A DNA stretch of 63,877 bases, filler included, from Octopus bimaculoides (GCF_001194135.2; 6 parts of 6 records of this genome joined end to end with filler, not necessarily neighbours in it), one strand, 5' to 3'; counted from the first letter of the whole stretch, positions 26,745 to 41,175 are shown. The notes: generated by a model from the letters alone, not told the origin. Numbers and translations: made by a program.

Positions 26745-27117
26745 TTGGCATTTGACTGCGGCCATGCAGGAGCACCACCTTTAGTTGAACAAATCAACCC
26801 CAGGATTTATTCTTTGTAAGTCTAGTACTTATTCTATCGGTCTCGTTTGCCGCACGCCTAAGTTACGGGTATGTAAATACACCAATATCTGTTGTCAAGC
26901 GATAGTCGGGCGGACAAACACAGACATGCAAATACATACTTATAATTATATATACGACGGGCTTCTTTCAGTTTCCGTCTAGCAAATCCATTCACAACGC
27001 TTTGGACGGCCCGAGGCTACAGTAGAAGATACTTGGCCAAATTGTCATGCAGTGGGACCGAACCAGGAACCATGTAGTTGGGAAGCAAGCTACTTAACAC
27101 ACAACCACTCTTGCACC
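26745..27117 (-). mobile_element. Near full-length SINE family A
   Basis: tRNA-like head GAGTGGTTGTGTGTTAAG...GGTTCGGTCCC, core GACGGAAACTGAAAGAAGCCCGTCG, tail GGTGCTCCTGCATGGCCGCAGTCAAAT. Confidence 0.92.
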
Positions 27118-27147
27118 ACATTTGAGGTGATCGCAAAGATATATATT

Positions 27148-27207
<60 letters not shown>

Positions 27208-27298
27208 CGCACACACATATACATATAAACATATACACATATACTTATACATATATGCGTACACATATATACATACTCAGATATATGTATGTATATAT

Positions 27299-27398
27299 NN
27301 NNNNNNNNNNNNNNNNNNNNNNNNNNNNNNNNNNNNNNNNNNTTAATTAATTAANNNNNNNNNNNNNNNNNNNNNNNNNNNNNNNNNNNNNNNNNNNN
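27299..27398. other. Artificial scaffold join: 44N + TTAATTAATTAA + 44N
   Basis: Same 100-bp construct. Confidence 0.95.
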
Positions 27399-28102
27399 TA
27401 TATATATATATATATATATATGTAAATATACTACATACACGTTTATACGTGTGTGATGTATGTGGTGTATGTATACGAAAGTACTACAATGTTTTGTATG
27501 TACGTATGTTTTTAGTTTCTAATACGCCAACCATTATCAGTTAGATATATTAGATTTCTGAATTTCTTACGCTTACTCTTGCTATTTTTCTGTCTATAAT
27601 GTTTTCTTCTCACTTTGTCGCATTACCTCATTGATTCATTCTACATTTCTCTATTATTTTCTTCACAAGTTTTTCTTTTTCTTTTTACCATTTTCTTTTG
27701 GTACGTCTTGCACTGTCGTTCATTTCTTACTTCTTATTTAACTTTATATCTTTTTTTTTTCTCCTTTTATAACTTTTCTCTTTTTCCTATTCTCCTCTTA
27801 AGCCAGCGATTAGATGATCAGTTTTATTGCTTTGCTAAATTTCGTACGTGTTTAGTATTCTATATGACTGTTAATCGACTCTCTAGCGCTCTTTGTAATC
27901 TTGGTCTCTCTCAAATGGTGTAGCTATGACTAGCGTCGGTTTCTATATAAAGGAATAGATAGGTAGAGCTGTCATGCTTTGAGAAACCTAAAAGAAAGTT
28001 ATTAGATGCTGTTACTTTTTTGTATTTTCTTTCTCTACATTCATCTTATTTCCCATCCTTTCTCTCTCCCTACTTACATACACACACACACACACACACA
28101 CA

Positions 28103-28156
<54 letters not shown>

Positions 28157-29130
28157 NNNNNNNNNNNNNNNNNNNNNNNNNNNNNNNNNNNNNNNNNNNN
28201 NNNNNNNNNNNNNNNNNNNNNNNNNNNNNNNNNNNNNNNNNNNNNNNNNNNNNNNNNNNNNNNNNNNNNNNNNNNNNNNNNNNNNNNNNNNNNNNNNNNN
28301 NNNNNNNNNNNNNNNNNNNNNNNNNNNNNNNNNNNNNNNNNNNNNNNNNNNNNNNNNNNNNNNNNNNNNNNNNNNNNNNNNNNNNNNNNNNNNNNNNNNN
28401 NNNNNNNNNNNNNNNNNNNNNNNNNNNNNNNNNNNNNNNNNNNNNNNNNNNNNNNNNNNNNNNNNNNNNNNNNNNNNNNNNNNNNNNNNNNNNNNNNNNN
28501 NNNNNNNNNNNNNNNNNNNNNNNNNNNNNNNNNNNNNNNNNNNNNNNNNNNNNNNNNNNNNNNNNNNNNNNNNNNNNNNNNNNNNNNNNNNNNNNNNNNN
28601 NNNNNNNNNNNNNNNNNNNNNNNNNNNNNNNNNNNNNNNNNNNNNNNNNNNNNNNNNNNNNNNNNNNNNNNNNNNNNNNNNNNNNNNNNNNNNNNNNNNN
28701 NNNNNNNNNNNNNNNNNNNNNNNNNNNNNNNNNNNNNNNNNNNNNNNNNNNNNNNNNNNNNNNNNNNNNNNNNNNNNNNNNNNNNNNNNNNNNNNNNNNN
28801 NNNNNNNNNNNNNNNNNNNNNNNNNNNNNNNNNNNNNNNNNNNNNNNNNNNNNNNNNNNNNNNNNNNNNNNNNNNNNNNNNNNNNNNNNNNNNNNNNNNN
28901 NNNNNNNNNNNNNNNNNNNNNNNNNNNNNNNNNNNNNNNNNNNNNNNNNNNNNNNNNNNNNNNNNNNNNGGAGAGAAAGGAAAGGAAAAGTATAAAAGCA
29001 AGGAATAAATAGGAATAGTGAGATCTCTCGTAAATAATGTAACCTATGGTATTGAATTCATACTAAATGAGACTGCGAAAGAAATATTGCGCAAGTGTGG
29101 AACATCTATTACGATTACCTTTCTCTGTCG

Positions 29131-29193
<63 letters not shown>

Positions 29194-32100
29194 CTACGCA
29201 CAGAAGCACGCACGTACGTATGTAGATATATGTTTCTCTATCCATATCCTTTCTTGAAACGTCTAGAAAGTCAACCTTGTGGACATTATTAGGTGGAAAG
29301 ACAGTTGTCTTCTAGGTTAAGACAACCTTACCTGTATATTCACATATAAAATACTGTGTCGTATATTTTATTCATCATCTTACTAACAAACGCTGTCCTC
29401 TTACAAATATGACTTGGACATAGGCTTTAATATCTGGTTAAAAACAATTTCTGAAATGATATGTTTGCAGTAAAAATGTGTATCGTCATCATATTTTAGG
29501 TGCAGATACAGTACTGCATAAGCCATTAATATATATTGTATACTTATTCTGTAAAATGAATCTAAAATTGAATATTTATAACCTTATAATATGCTTATTC
29601 TGCTTTCTGATATTCGAGAATTAAACAAATCTTATCCATCCATGATAAGGTTCTTAATTTTTTAATTAGATTATACTCTCATTTATAGTGCTTCATATCA
29701 TTAATTTCATATCAATGAAATTTATTTACTTCATATCTTAATTAATTTTTTTGTTTTAAATTTAATTACCTATGTTCGTCGTAGCTTGTAAATCACGAAA
29801 ACATGGTGTTCAGTAGTGTAGTTGTTACATCTTTCGTCTTAGAATTATCAGTTCGCGTGTTTGATTTCTGTAAATGTGCCGTTCATGGAGTTCGTGTAGT
29901 TTCCCTCCGACCGAATCACCTAAGATGAACACTTGCTAAACGCTGTTCCAATCCTCATTGTCTTCCGATTGTCGTATCCCATATTTTCCGCGTAGCCAAT
30001 GATACGAACGCGACTACAGAGGTACCTAAAACATTCAGCGATATCATATTACTTACTATCAAGGTAACTTCTGTTCCACAGGATACTCACTTAGTTGGAT
30101 GTTAGAATTTTTATGCTTATTCACTTTGTGAAAATGAAGCCATCTAAGAAATCTCAGAAACGTTTATTGTATATTATTACAGTAGATGCCATGGCCATGA
30201 TTTTCTATATGAAAATAAAACAAAGAATTATCCGTTTGCCTTTACGAACCTGCCTTATATCATGCCCCACCAGAGAAATTTCACAAAAATTATTTCAAGA
30301 TTTATGCAATATCCTATCGTATAATATTCTAGAACTGTTAATCAATGCTTGTTTTCGTTCATAGAAAACTGGTACTGAATAGAAACCTCAATGTAAAATT
30401 TTGATATTTGGCATATTTCATTATGCTACATTCATTTAAAATAGAATATCCCCAACAGTTGAATGTGTAATACAAACTCAGCACATTGTTTGAGAAACGT
30501 TATGAAATAACAACAGATTTTAGCAGGCTGTTCAGTTTCATATTTATTTACATTTCTATACTTTTGTAAACAATGCGGTTATTGCATCAATGTGTATAGA
30601 TTTGTCTGTCTAAACGTTCAGTTTTCATTTCTATATTTAAATTAGGTTTAACACGTTAATAATTATGCTATATAATAGAGAGAATGTATATATAAAGACA
30701 TTGTTAAAACATATTCGTTTTCTTTGTTCAGTTAGGTAATAATTTTATTAGAATCTATTGTTATTGAACTTTATATTTTAGTTTCATTTTGTCAATTGCA
30801 AAATCTTTTGATTATATCAATTATATATTTTTTCTATTCGAATATACAAATACCTTATTTGGCGATGAATAATATAAATCTATGCTTCAACATCTTTACT
30901 GTTTGTTATTAGATGTCAATTTATAGTGAGTGATGTCGAATGAAACATAATTTAAAAAGAAAAAATGCCGAATCGTTGAAATTTCAGCTTTCTGATTTCA
31001 ATAATTAATGATGAATTTAGATATTACAGTTCCATATACTCTTTAAAAGATAGAATATTTGCAGCCTACATGTTTTGACCATATGCATGCACAATCACGC
31101 TTGACGTGTTTCTAAACTGCTTCAACAATGCCGTCAACTTTTAATACAGTTTTACCAATGGTGAAAAATATTTTTATTATCAAAATCAGTGCTGTGTCAG
31201 TACAATCGGGCAATCTTACATAGTCAATAGGTGCGACATATATGTAATGTAGTGTAGATAATCCATTCCTTTACTATTTAAGCACAGAAGACTACATTGG
31301 GCACACAAATCCACCTTAAGTTTAATTTATGTTCACCTTGTAAATACTGGAAAAAGAAAATTTCCGGAGGTGGTTATCAACTAAAGTCCTCAGGCATTGT
31401 GACACCAATACAAGACAGGTGATTTTTTAGAAAATAAAAGCAATATATTGAGAAGTGTACTTTGTCATAATAGCCCCTTAAGTGAAATCTGCGGCAAAAT
31501 CTGACCATCTGAGAGAGACTTACATAACAGCACACTTCACAATATGAACTTGCCTTTAAACTGATCTCTTACATCGAAAGGCGCGCTCATTCATTGGGCA
31601 AGTGTAAGCGAGTACCTTTTGAGACAAGTCTGATGAAATACAACTCTAATGTGTTTCCCTACAGATAAGGCATGACGTTTCACATGAAATTACTTAAGTG
31701 CAATGGCGTTCACTTAAAATTTGAATGATGCCATAAGAATTGTCACTAGCAACAAAAATGATACAATCTTCGTATTGAGATTATATTTACACACAGATAA
31801 ACTCACAGCCACACGCATGAATACATAATGCATGCGTTCATCCATATGTGTGTGTATATATATATAGTGATGTATATAATACATATAAAATAGGGGCTAT
31901 TGGAAATTTACCTCGAAAATCGTTCTGCAAGTCTCCCACATTTAATATAGTGAGTTGATAAACGTAGGATCAATTGATTATTCATCTTGCTTTTTTTTTG
32001 GAATGTTGTCAAATCATCTGTACAGGGTTCCTACATCTTTGATAGTAGGGCAACTCGCAGGGCGTCTTCAAAGGCGAGAGTATCTGCAACAGGAGAAAAA

Positions 32101-33682
32101 ATTTGATACCTTAACATTAGAAGTATGAGGGTGTGCGAATTATGAGAGAGGTGACATCTGACAAAACGTGTAAAGTTATTTATTTCTGCAAATCTTGGTT
32201 TACAGCCTGTTATTACAAACCTGACAAAAGAACAGCAAGTCTTCTGAATGCTAGAACGTTGAAAACATTTATTTACAAAGCTTTCTTAAAGGTTCACATC
32301 TCATTAATATCAATTTTATATTTCATACTTCTATGGATCATCATATGATACTTTTTAAGTACAATAAGTTCATTATATGTATTAAACTTTCTAGAAAATA
32401 TGTACCCTTGGAAAAGTTCCGAATAAAATGAATAACATTGCTATTACGTCATTGATCGAAGTGTTAGTAGCTAGCAGGAAAGTGTTTGGTTTGCTGCACC
32501 ATCAAAATTCATTATTGCAATTATGTTGAAATTTCACAAGGCGTGTGAGGCAAACAAAACATAAGACATGGTTTTGCATATCATTTTGTTTATTTTCAAT
32601 TTACTAACGTTTTTACATGCATATCGGAAGATCATGTAATCCAAAGCCTCGCATTTAAAACGAATCATAAAATATTAGTTTCCCCAAGTAAAAACAACAA
32701 AGAACAATCTAAAAAGTCTATAAATTAACATAAAAACACAAAACTAGAAGATGATATCCGGCGTATTGAAGTCATAGATGACCTAAAAGCTCTACAATTT
32801 ATTTGCTGCATAGTATAAACATTCCAGTCAAGTTTGAACGTAGCCTACCAAACAAGTAGCAATAAGGAATAAAACATTTTCTCATAAACTCTATATACAC
32901 AGTAGAAATTATACGAATTGGTATTCCGTTTTATAAAGAGAAACCCGCCGAATCCGTTTTCTTAGTCACCATCAAACATCAAAATATCCAGTAATAACGT
33001 GAAGCATCAAAGATTTAAATTTCTGCCTTCATCTATATTTCATCTGCATACATTTTTTTTTTTTAGGTTTTAATTCCTTTGAATGTACTTCCAATTCTCT
33101 TATAAAGATAAAAACTAAAAAGAAAGGCAAAAGTTAGAAAGAATAATAAAAAAAACAACGAAAGTAAATACTATCCTCACCATCTTTTTATGCTTAATAT
33201 TATTTCCTTTTTACCACCCTAAAAGAACATTAGTAACCGAGCATTTCCGTCAGTGCAATTGGCTTGGTTGCCTTTTATTTCCAGTTTTATTACGTTTCTG
33301 CTAAATTCCAGCGTAACTCTAAACTTTGACGACTCTTATTATTCCTTTGGAACTTTGCCTCTGAACGTTTCATCCTCCATCATGATTCTCACTAAAAAAT
33401 TACGTTCTGCTATCTCTTATAACTATCGTGTGCTAATTCGTTTACCTTCTCAACATGTTTCACTAATGTTTTGTTATGACGCTTTGGGGAAAGCGATTTC
33501 GCTATTCCATGCACACCCCAGCACTGATACTTTTTGCTTTATTTTTCTTTTAATTCTATTATTTGTGACCAAATATTTGTTTCAGTTTTACTGTGCTGCG
33601 CCTGTATGTTTCATAGTTTTAATGTTTCCTTACTTTGTTTTTAGCTTACATATCCGTTTGTCCCTTTTATGAAGCGGATATG

Positions 33683-33717
<35 letters not shown>

Positions 33718-34879
33718 NNNNNNNNNNNNNNNNNNNNNNNNNNNNNNNNNNNNNNNNNNNNNNNNNNNNNNNNNNNNNNNNNNNNNNNNNNNNNNNNNNN
33801 NNNNNNNNNNNNNNNNNNNNNNNNNNNNNNNNNNNNNTGGCAGCATGGTTTGTGGGTCGGGTAACTTGGCCGTGCGTCATTTGTCCAATCTTTCTACTCT
33901 GTGAGTTCAAAATAAGACGATTAGTTCATGCGCTCCATTCTTTCGCAGGCAGTCCATAAAGAATCTTGTCATTGTTGATTACCGCTATTATAAAAACGCG
34001 AAAAGAGTTATTAAATGGTATTTGATTCGGCTCTTAGAATCATGTGTTCAAACTCTAGATAGTCTCCCCGGCCTACACACAGCAGTTTCTGTTGCTTTGG
34101 GCACGGGCACATTAAACTGACAGTGGCCTCAATTGTCATATCAAGTATCTCGTTTATGAGTGTAACGTCTCGGTCTTCTCAATATTAGTGAATTGAGACA
34201 GAACCCTTGCTTTGGCACCAGTTAAGAGAACAAGCTCTAAAAACAAAAACACAAACATGCATACATGACATACACTTGCACACAAGTACGGAATGTAATA
34301 AAACATGGCTGTGTTGGTGTGAAGGGTTCAAAAAAGGTGTGAAACTGGTACCAGGCACGTGCTCGGTGTATGTGCTACAAATGGCAATTACAGAATTGTG
34401 AACTGTTGGAGAAGTCGTTACACGTATTTAATTCTAAGGATTTTTGGAATAAGTATAAAATCGTATGAAATCGTTTATGCTACTTGATGGTGTTCCATAA
34501 CATTTTGAGTTCAAATGCTACCAGGGTTTATATTTAACTTTATTCATTATTGAGTTTAAAAACAGTGTCTTAGAAAGGTTACGCCACAAAATGCATTTTC
34601 GGGAACATATTTTTACATGTTTTTACATATATTTTTATTACTAATATTAACATGAAGTTTTGTGTAGCTGTCCGGAAGAGCTTGGCATTGACTTTCTTTC
34701 TGTATTTAGTTACTGTTTCCCAGATGCTTAGTTCAAATCACAGGAAATACGCATTTCTATTTCAACATTTCGCTATCGATAAAATGAAGTCAGCTACTGA
34801 TTTCAAAATGGTGGACTGTAAATCTTCCCAAGTTTGAACACTTGCGCATATATTAGAAATCAATATAAGGAAAAACAAA

Positions 34880-35500
34880 CCGACGAGCTGGCAGTATTGG
34901 TAGCATACCCGGCGAAATGTGTAGCGGTATATTGTCAGTCTTTTTCTTCTGAATTCAAATTCCACCGAGGTCTGTATCAAATTTGGTCCCATTGGGATCT
35001 ATAAAACATGTATCGGGGTCGATAAAATGTGTTAAAGTGTGAGGCACCAATATTAAGGAAAGGCTGGCACTACCGTTAGCATGCCAGATAAAATGGTTAG
35101 CGGTACTGTGTGCGTCTTTACGTTCTGAGTTCAAATGTCACCGAGATCGAATCCCTTTCGTCACTTCGAGGTTGATAGAATAAGTACCAATTGAGCACTG
35201 GGTAGATGTAATTGACTTATTTTTATCCGGAACATGCTGGCATTGTTAAAAAAATTGAAAACAAAACGAATAAAAAATAAGACATCCAGCTGTCAGAATC
35301 GTTGGTCTCTGCCAGGCGAAATGCTTAGCAGCATTTCACCGCCTTTACGTTCTTAATTCAAATGCCACCGAGCTCAACGTTGATTTTTATCCCTTCGTGA
35401 TTGATAAAATAGACACCAGTTGATCACTGTGGTCGATGTAATAGAGTTGCTCCCTCCCCCGAAATTACAGGTCTCGTGCCAGTATCTGAAACCAATATTA
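34880..35500 (+). mobile_element. Three head-to-tail SINE family B copies (starts about 34880, 35055 and 35285)
   Basis: Each has a GCTGKCA head, AAATG..TAGC, and TTCAAAT(T/G)(C/T)CACCGAG. Copies 1 and 3 both end in ACCAATATTA. Confidence 0.85.
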
Positions 35501-36090
35501 ATAAAAAGAATAAATGCAACCGATCATACTTCCCATTTTACCCACCGGATCGATATAAATGAAGTAAGAATCAATAATTAGGATTAATTATATCGAGTAA
35601 AATTCCGGTCAAAAGTTGTTGTCCGTTCTTAATGTTACACATAGTTCTAAATATGAATAGGAATATAGCACAAATTCTTCAATTCATCTCATAATAATTA
35701 TTGCTTTGATATACGATATATTCTTAATTTATTCCAAACAACCGATATTTATGCAAGATTCATTAGAAGAGTATTAAACTAAAGCTCTCACTAATTGGAA
35801 AAATATCAGAGAGGCTGCAGCAGGTCCACATTTAATGATCCATATGTTCTCAAGTACGCTAGAAACACATGTTGAGAACTGGAACTGATGCTCTTGAGAC
35901 TGTCTTAGAAATGTCTCAGAATGCCTTTAAAACAAAGTACACATTACTCCACAGACTTGCATGTATATTCATATGCATGCATATATGAATATAGATATAT
36001 AAAAGGAAACATATACTTTCATACATCTCAAAGAACCATTTAGCAAATACTTCATAATGTTTGTCCTTTTCAAATACGTACACACACTCA

Positions 36091-36122
<32 letters not shown>

Positions 36123-37369
36123 TCTGTATATATTCTTAGATGTGTATATCTATGCATATACCTAATTACACCCTCCTCTACTTATTTGTGGGTGTATTTG
36201 TATATATGAATGTTGTTATGCAGATACAAAGGTAGACATCTATGTATACAAGCGCCTACACTATGCTAGCAAATATTCAGATAAGCAAATATATTTATAG
36301 ACATATAAGTATTTGCAATGCTATGTGGGTCAATATATGGATCTGTTCGCATGTATTTCTGTTTACGTAAATTTGCATGTGAACTAGAAATATAGTGAAA
36401 GTTACAGAGATACTCAATGGAATTTATTGAAGATCTGTAAAGTATAAATTGTTTAAAATCACTTCAAACTCTCAAATCATCGACTGTCTTAGAGATAGAC
36501 TACGCTCCATCATCGCTGGACGTGGGTTTCGGTTTGCATTTTTCTGCTTTCTTTTTACACTTCCTTTAATGTAGTTTTACTACAAATTATTGTTACAGGT
36601 CTTGTTTGCTGATGGAGGAGGGAAGAGTTCCGGGAACCGAAGTACTGTGATGAAATGACTTAAGGACAACTATAACTGCAAATCGTAGGGAGGTATGGTT
36701 GCCAATAGAATAACAAGAGCGTATCTGATTCGAGCGTCGGAGTACACAAGGCTACCCCTCCATTGGCCAACCGCCATTGCATTAGACGTAGGAACGTGAG
36801 AGTGGAGAAAGCACGACTTAATTGAATTGACCTCATACCAATTATTTGGGTAGCATTAGAATATTATAAAACATTATGTGCGTAGCTAAAGTACCGTTTC
36901 ATAAGTTGAGGCAGTAGTCTATGAGTTTCTCGCCTGAACTGAACTGGCGGCTGGAGTATGGTTTTACTTCTGAATTTGCCGTCAGTTTTTATGATGTTGT
37001 TATTGTTCTACGTGTGGAAAAACACGTGGGATTGCGAAGTTCAATCTATCCATGTATAAATGTATAAATGACTATAACGAATTGAGAAATACTGACGTTT
37101 CTATGACTCAGTTGGATGGCGTTCGACAACTTCGTTCACAGAATCAGTGAAATATTGACGGAAGAAGGTTGCATTGAATGAGAATCATATATCTGGGCTA
37201 AAACGTTAAGGTAAGGTTGAAATGTTGTATAATAAACTTGTGTTGTCTGCAATTAGACCATTATTTTAAAGATGAAGACATCTACAAATCATGTTCCTGA
37301 CTATTCTCGAATTTTCTTGGATCCCGCGTTCATCGCAAAATGCTTGATCGCTTTCTCAAATCTGATGTG

Positions 37370-37560
37370 ATACGAGTTTTTCCCTATCAGCCCTGAACGT
37401 TTCTTTATCGTTGTAATCCAAGGGCTATATCACTGCGATAATGAAGATAACTACATTTGTTTTGGTATTTGCCGATGCGTTCATAAAGTATTCGCTTGCT
37501 CGAGAACTTTGATACAAAGAGCTTTTTCCCATAATCCAGAATTAATTGTTTCGACAATAT
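37370..37560 (-). mobile_element. Possible pogo/Tigger-type (CENP-B HTH) transposase remnant
   Basis: With small indels, TGG-ATTA-CAA-CGA-T-A-AAG-AAA-CGT-TCA-GGG resembles the WLQRFKKRHG motif. Heavily decayed. Confidence 0.3.
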
Positions 37561-38059
37561 TAAACAACCCGATAGAAAGAACAGCAGTGTCAATACGAAC
37601 TAGTTGTATAGTGGGGAAGATATGAAGATATGAACGACATATTTGATCATGTGGACCTCAATTCATGTTTACTAAACATGCAGCTGTTGCGTGTTTTATA
37701 ATAGAAGCAATCCGTCGGTGATAAACCAAAATTTAACAACTCCAATATTAATATGAGTTCCACAAAAAAAAAAAAAAGAAATGTATTAAATGTATTTTAA
37801 AATATGGCAAACATGGGAAACATTCGGAAGAGAAGCAACTGAAGGTGCCTCAGCTATAATGTACTGGCTAAAGTGTCAATTATGCCCATATAATAATGTA
37901 CCTTACAAATTATCATACGTAGTGTTTTAAATAATTGCAACTAAGTGTGATTTGCGAAACAAACATTACGTTGCTATTATATTAAACTGTCGTGAGTCCA
38001 AATTTTGCCAAATGCGTTTCTTTCGATATTTATTTCTGCTTACAATAGCCGGTTCTTTT

Positions 38060-38630
38060 GGTCAAACTATCATATCTGCAGTTGCTCAAAATTTCTCAAA
38101 CTAATTTTCTTTTTCTGAAAAAGCAACATTTTGGACTTATGGAACTTTTGCATAATAGCAATGACTTGTATATTCATTCACACAGAGAAAGGTCAATGAA
38201 AGAAATCACGACCATATTAATGGTATGCCTTCACGAAGTGAGCCTTTGTTTTGTGTTCCTGTCACACGCCCAGATAACCAGTGGTAGGTGTTTTTCTCAG
38301 AAATAAAGAAGTTATTTCAAAGCCTAAATTTTAATTCCACGTTGAGGTCTGGGGATTCATCAGGGAAATCTCTTGGTAAAGAGTCTACTGCATCTCGTCT
38401 ACACTTGCATTGGGCGGCGGTAAACGGATTTACTACGTCAAATGAAGCAATTATGGATATTCTTCTTAACTTTCATTCGACAGATGGCATAATAGATATG
38501 GGTCATCCGGAACTTTGCTCTCAACAATAAATTCGGTTCAGTGAAGAGCACTACTTTGGGACAAGGTTTTGATGACACAGATGAGATAAAAATTCTTAGA
38601 ATAATTGACACGACAGTCCAAACATACTGG
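38060..38630 (-). mobile_element. Decayed Penelope-like reverse transcriptase fragment
   Basis: Ordered motifs across frameshifts: VPDDPYLLCHLSNE, IIASFDVVNPFT (cf. SFDVxSLFT), LKFRL*NNFFISEKNTYHWLSGRVTGT (cf. LKFILENNYF...Y.Q..G.AMGT). Confidence 0.6.
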
Positions 38631-39939
38631 ATTCGAACGTTGAGTTCAGTGAGATGCAAATGCATCATTCGAGTTGGAGTCTATGCTTAGTATTAACTTT
38701 CCAGAAGGGGTTACCCTACTGAGACGTGAAACTTAAACGTCCTATGACAATTTATAAAATTCAGGCTCACTGTATGATTACTTTCGCTTCATCCCCTCTT
38801 TATACGACTATATAGTGTATAAACGGGCATACATATCTGTCCTGTGTTACTACGTTATACCTGAGTCTGCAGAAATATAATGGAAACATTAAAATAAATG
38901 CGTTATTGAAGTTATACAGAAGTATGAATAAAACAAAAATTGTTGGGATATCAGTATTATATTATTGATACGCAAAACTGCTTGAATACGCAAAAATGCT
39001 CCAATGAACATTAACACAAAATTAAAAAATTAAATTACGGAAATGAGCTGTTTTAATGATATAATGGATAAATGATTTGCATTTATACGAAATTTATTAC
39101 TTTTAGAAAAAATTCTAATAGAAAGTGATTAGCTAGGAGGCTGAAAAGATAGAGTCTTAACGCAATAATATTTCTAGCAAAAGCAAACTTGAAAATAACT
39201 TTTTAAAGCCAGATAAGAAAACGTTATGAGTAAAATTTATGATCCGAGTTTACACATAATCCTCAGAATAATACTATATGTTTACACTTTGTTTTACCCC
39301 TCATATCACTAAGTAAAGATGGCTGACCTACGTTTCCTGATCTTGCGACTAAGTTTCTGGTATTACATTTTGTTCTATACAGTGGTATAAGTATTTAATT
39401 TGGAACTAATTTAAAAAAAAGCTCTTTAGACTTTGACAGTTGTCGAACGTTATGAGATAATTTAACTGTATCTGTTTGACAGAACTACCACAACACCAAC
39501 AGGATAGGGCATTGAAAAGAATTTGAGGACACTTGTCAGTATATTACTCTTGGGAAATCAATATGTCTGAAGAAATTATAAAAGAAATCAAAAAGCTTCT
39601 AGTCACCGTTTCCATCTTTGCAGCACACAGTCATTTAGAAATTGTTATCTTTCTAAGTGTTGTAAGGCCGTCTGTACCCCATTTCGGTGGCATTGGAAGA
39701 TTCTGGTGGAAATTAACGAGAACAAAAAAATTCTAATGTTTTAAGACCTCTAATGAGACCGCAGTTCATCTAAAGTATTCTAAATATTATTGATAATGAT
39801 CTTGACTATCAATAATATACATCGCCAGAGATCTTCGGATGCTGGGTTGGAGTAGCAGAACTATGTTACTCGAAGACATTCGAAAACGTTGCATAGACTG
39901 GGGTGATGGCAATCCATTGTTTGTTTCGTATTGTGTGCG

Positions 39940-40365
39940 CTTTCTTAACAAGATTAAAAACCTTCCTGAAAGGTCTTGCTTGGGCTTTCCCTGGTGAGAA
40001 AAGATGTTCTATCAAGAAAAAATGACATAAGGTTATCTGTAGCCCCGATACGGTGCACACTAAATTTTCTGCATCTGGGAAGGTTTTAGGAGTAGTGGGC
40101 TATGAAGATAATCTTAATACCAAATCATATCTCTTAAGATAGAAATTAGTACTGCGAGGTATATTCAAGTTCTGAAAAGAATTGTTAACCCCAGATGGAT
40201 GATGTAGGTAGTAGAAAGCTGTATGTGTTTTGAAAAGGCTCATCAACTTCCCTCAAATCCCACGCTAAGCAATTTTTATGTTCATGTAACATTAAAGTTG
40301 TGTCCTCCAAAATTGACAGAGGTAAATCCCTTGGACAACTATACTAGATGGTCATGCTGAAGTAC
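39940..40365 (+). mobile_element. Decayed Tc1/mariner transposase, maT (DD37D)-like
   Basis: FPW*EKMFYQ (cf. FFSDEKNF.Q), ASGKVLGVV (cf. ASVMVLGVV), ARYIQVLKRIVNP, RKLYVF, and PPKLTEVNPLDNY (cf. WPPNSPDLNPLDY), in the correct order. Truncated by the SINE at 40385. Confidence 0.65.
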
Positions 40366-40384
40366 CCACTTAGGCGAAGAAATC

Positions 40385-40824
40385 AAATCCAGGAATTATT
40401 CTTTGTAAGTCCTATATTTATTCCATCAGTCTCTTTTGCTAAACCCGTATGTTACGGGGACGTAAACACACAAACATCGATTGTCAAGTGATTGCGTTGG
40501 GGAAAAACACAGACACACAAACATACCCCCCCCCTATATATATATATATATATATATATATNNNNNNNNNNNNNNNNNNNNNNNNNNNNNNNNNNNNNNN
40601 NNNNNNNNNNNNNNNNNNNNNNNNNNNNNNNNNNNNNNNNNNNNNNNNNNNNNNNNNNNNNNNNNNNNNNNNNNNNNNNNNNNNNNNNNNNNCCGTCTAC
40701 CAAATTCACTCGCAAGGATTTGGTCGATCCGAGGCCATAGTAGAAGATACTTGCCCAAGGTGCCACGCAGTGGGACTGAACTCGGAACCATGTGGTTGTG
40801 TAGCCAGCTTCTTACCACACAGCC
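40385..40824 (-). mobile_element. SINE family A with an internal (TA)n and assembly gap
   Basis: Head GGCTGTGTGGTAAGAAGC...GAGTTCAGTCCCACTGCGTGGCACCTTGGGCAAGTATCTTC; body GTTTACGTCCCCGTAAC. Confidence 0.92.
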
Positions 40825-41120
40825 AATTATTTATATATATATATATGTACATAGATATATGCATACATGTATATGTGTATATGTATACATACGTACATGC
40901 ATTCATACACGTACACGCATGCAACTCTATGCATAAAAGAGGGAGGACATAGAGACGCCTGCGAAGTGATGAAACAAAAAATTTCGTGGGAGATAGAATA
41001 TAAAACAGTAGCACATTGTGTTACGAGGTTACATTCAGTATATTGAACGCATCTGCAATAATGCATCTTCGAATGACATTCAAAACATACCTGCGTGATA
41101 ATAACTATAACAACAACAGC

Positions 41121-41124
41121 AATA

Positions 41125-41172
<48 letters not shown>
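41121..41172. repeat. (AAT)n microsatellite
   Basis: Direct. Confidence 0.95.
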
Positions 41173-41175
<3 letters not shown>

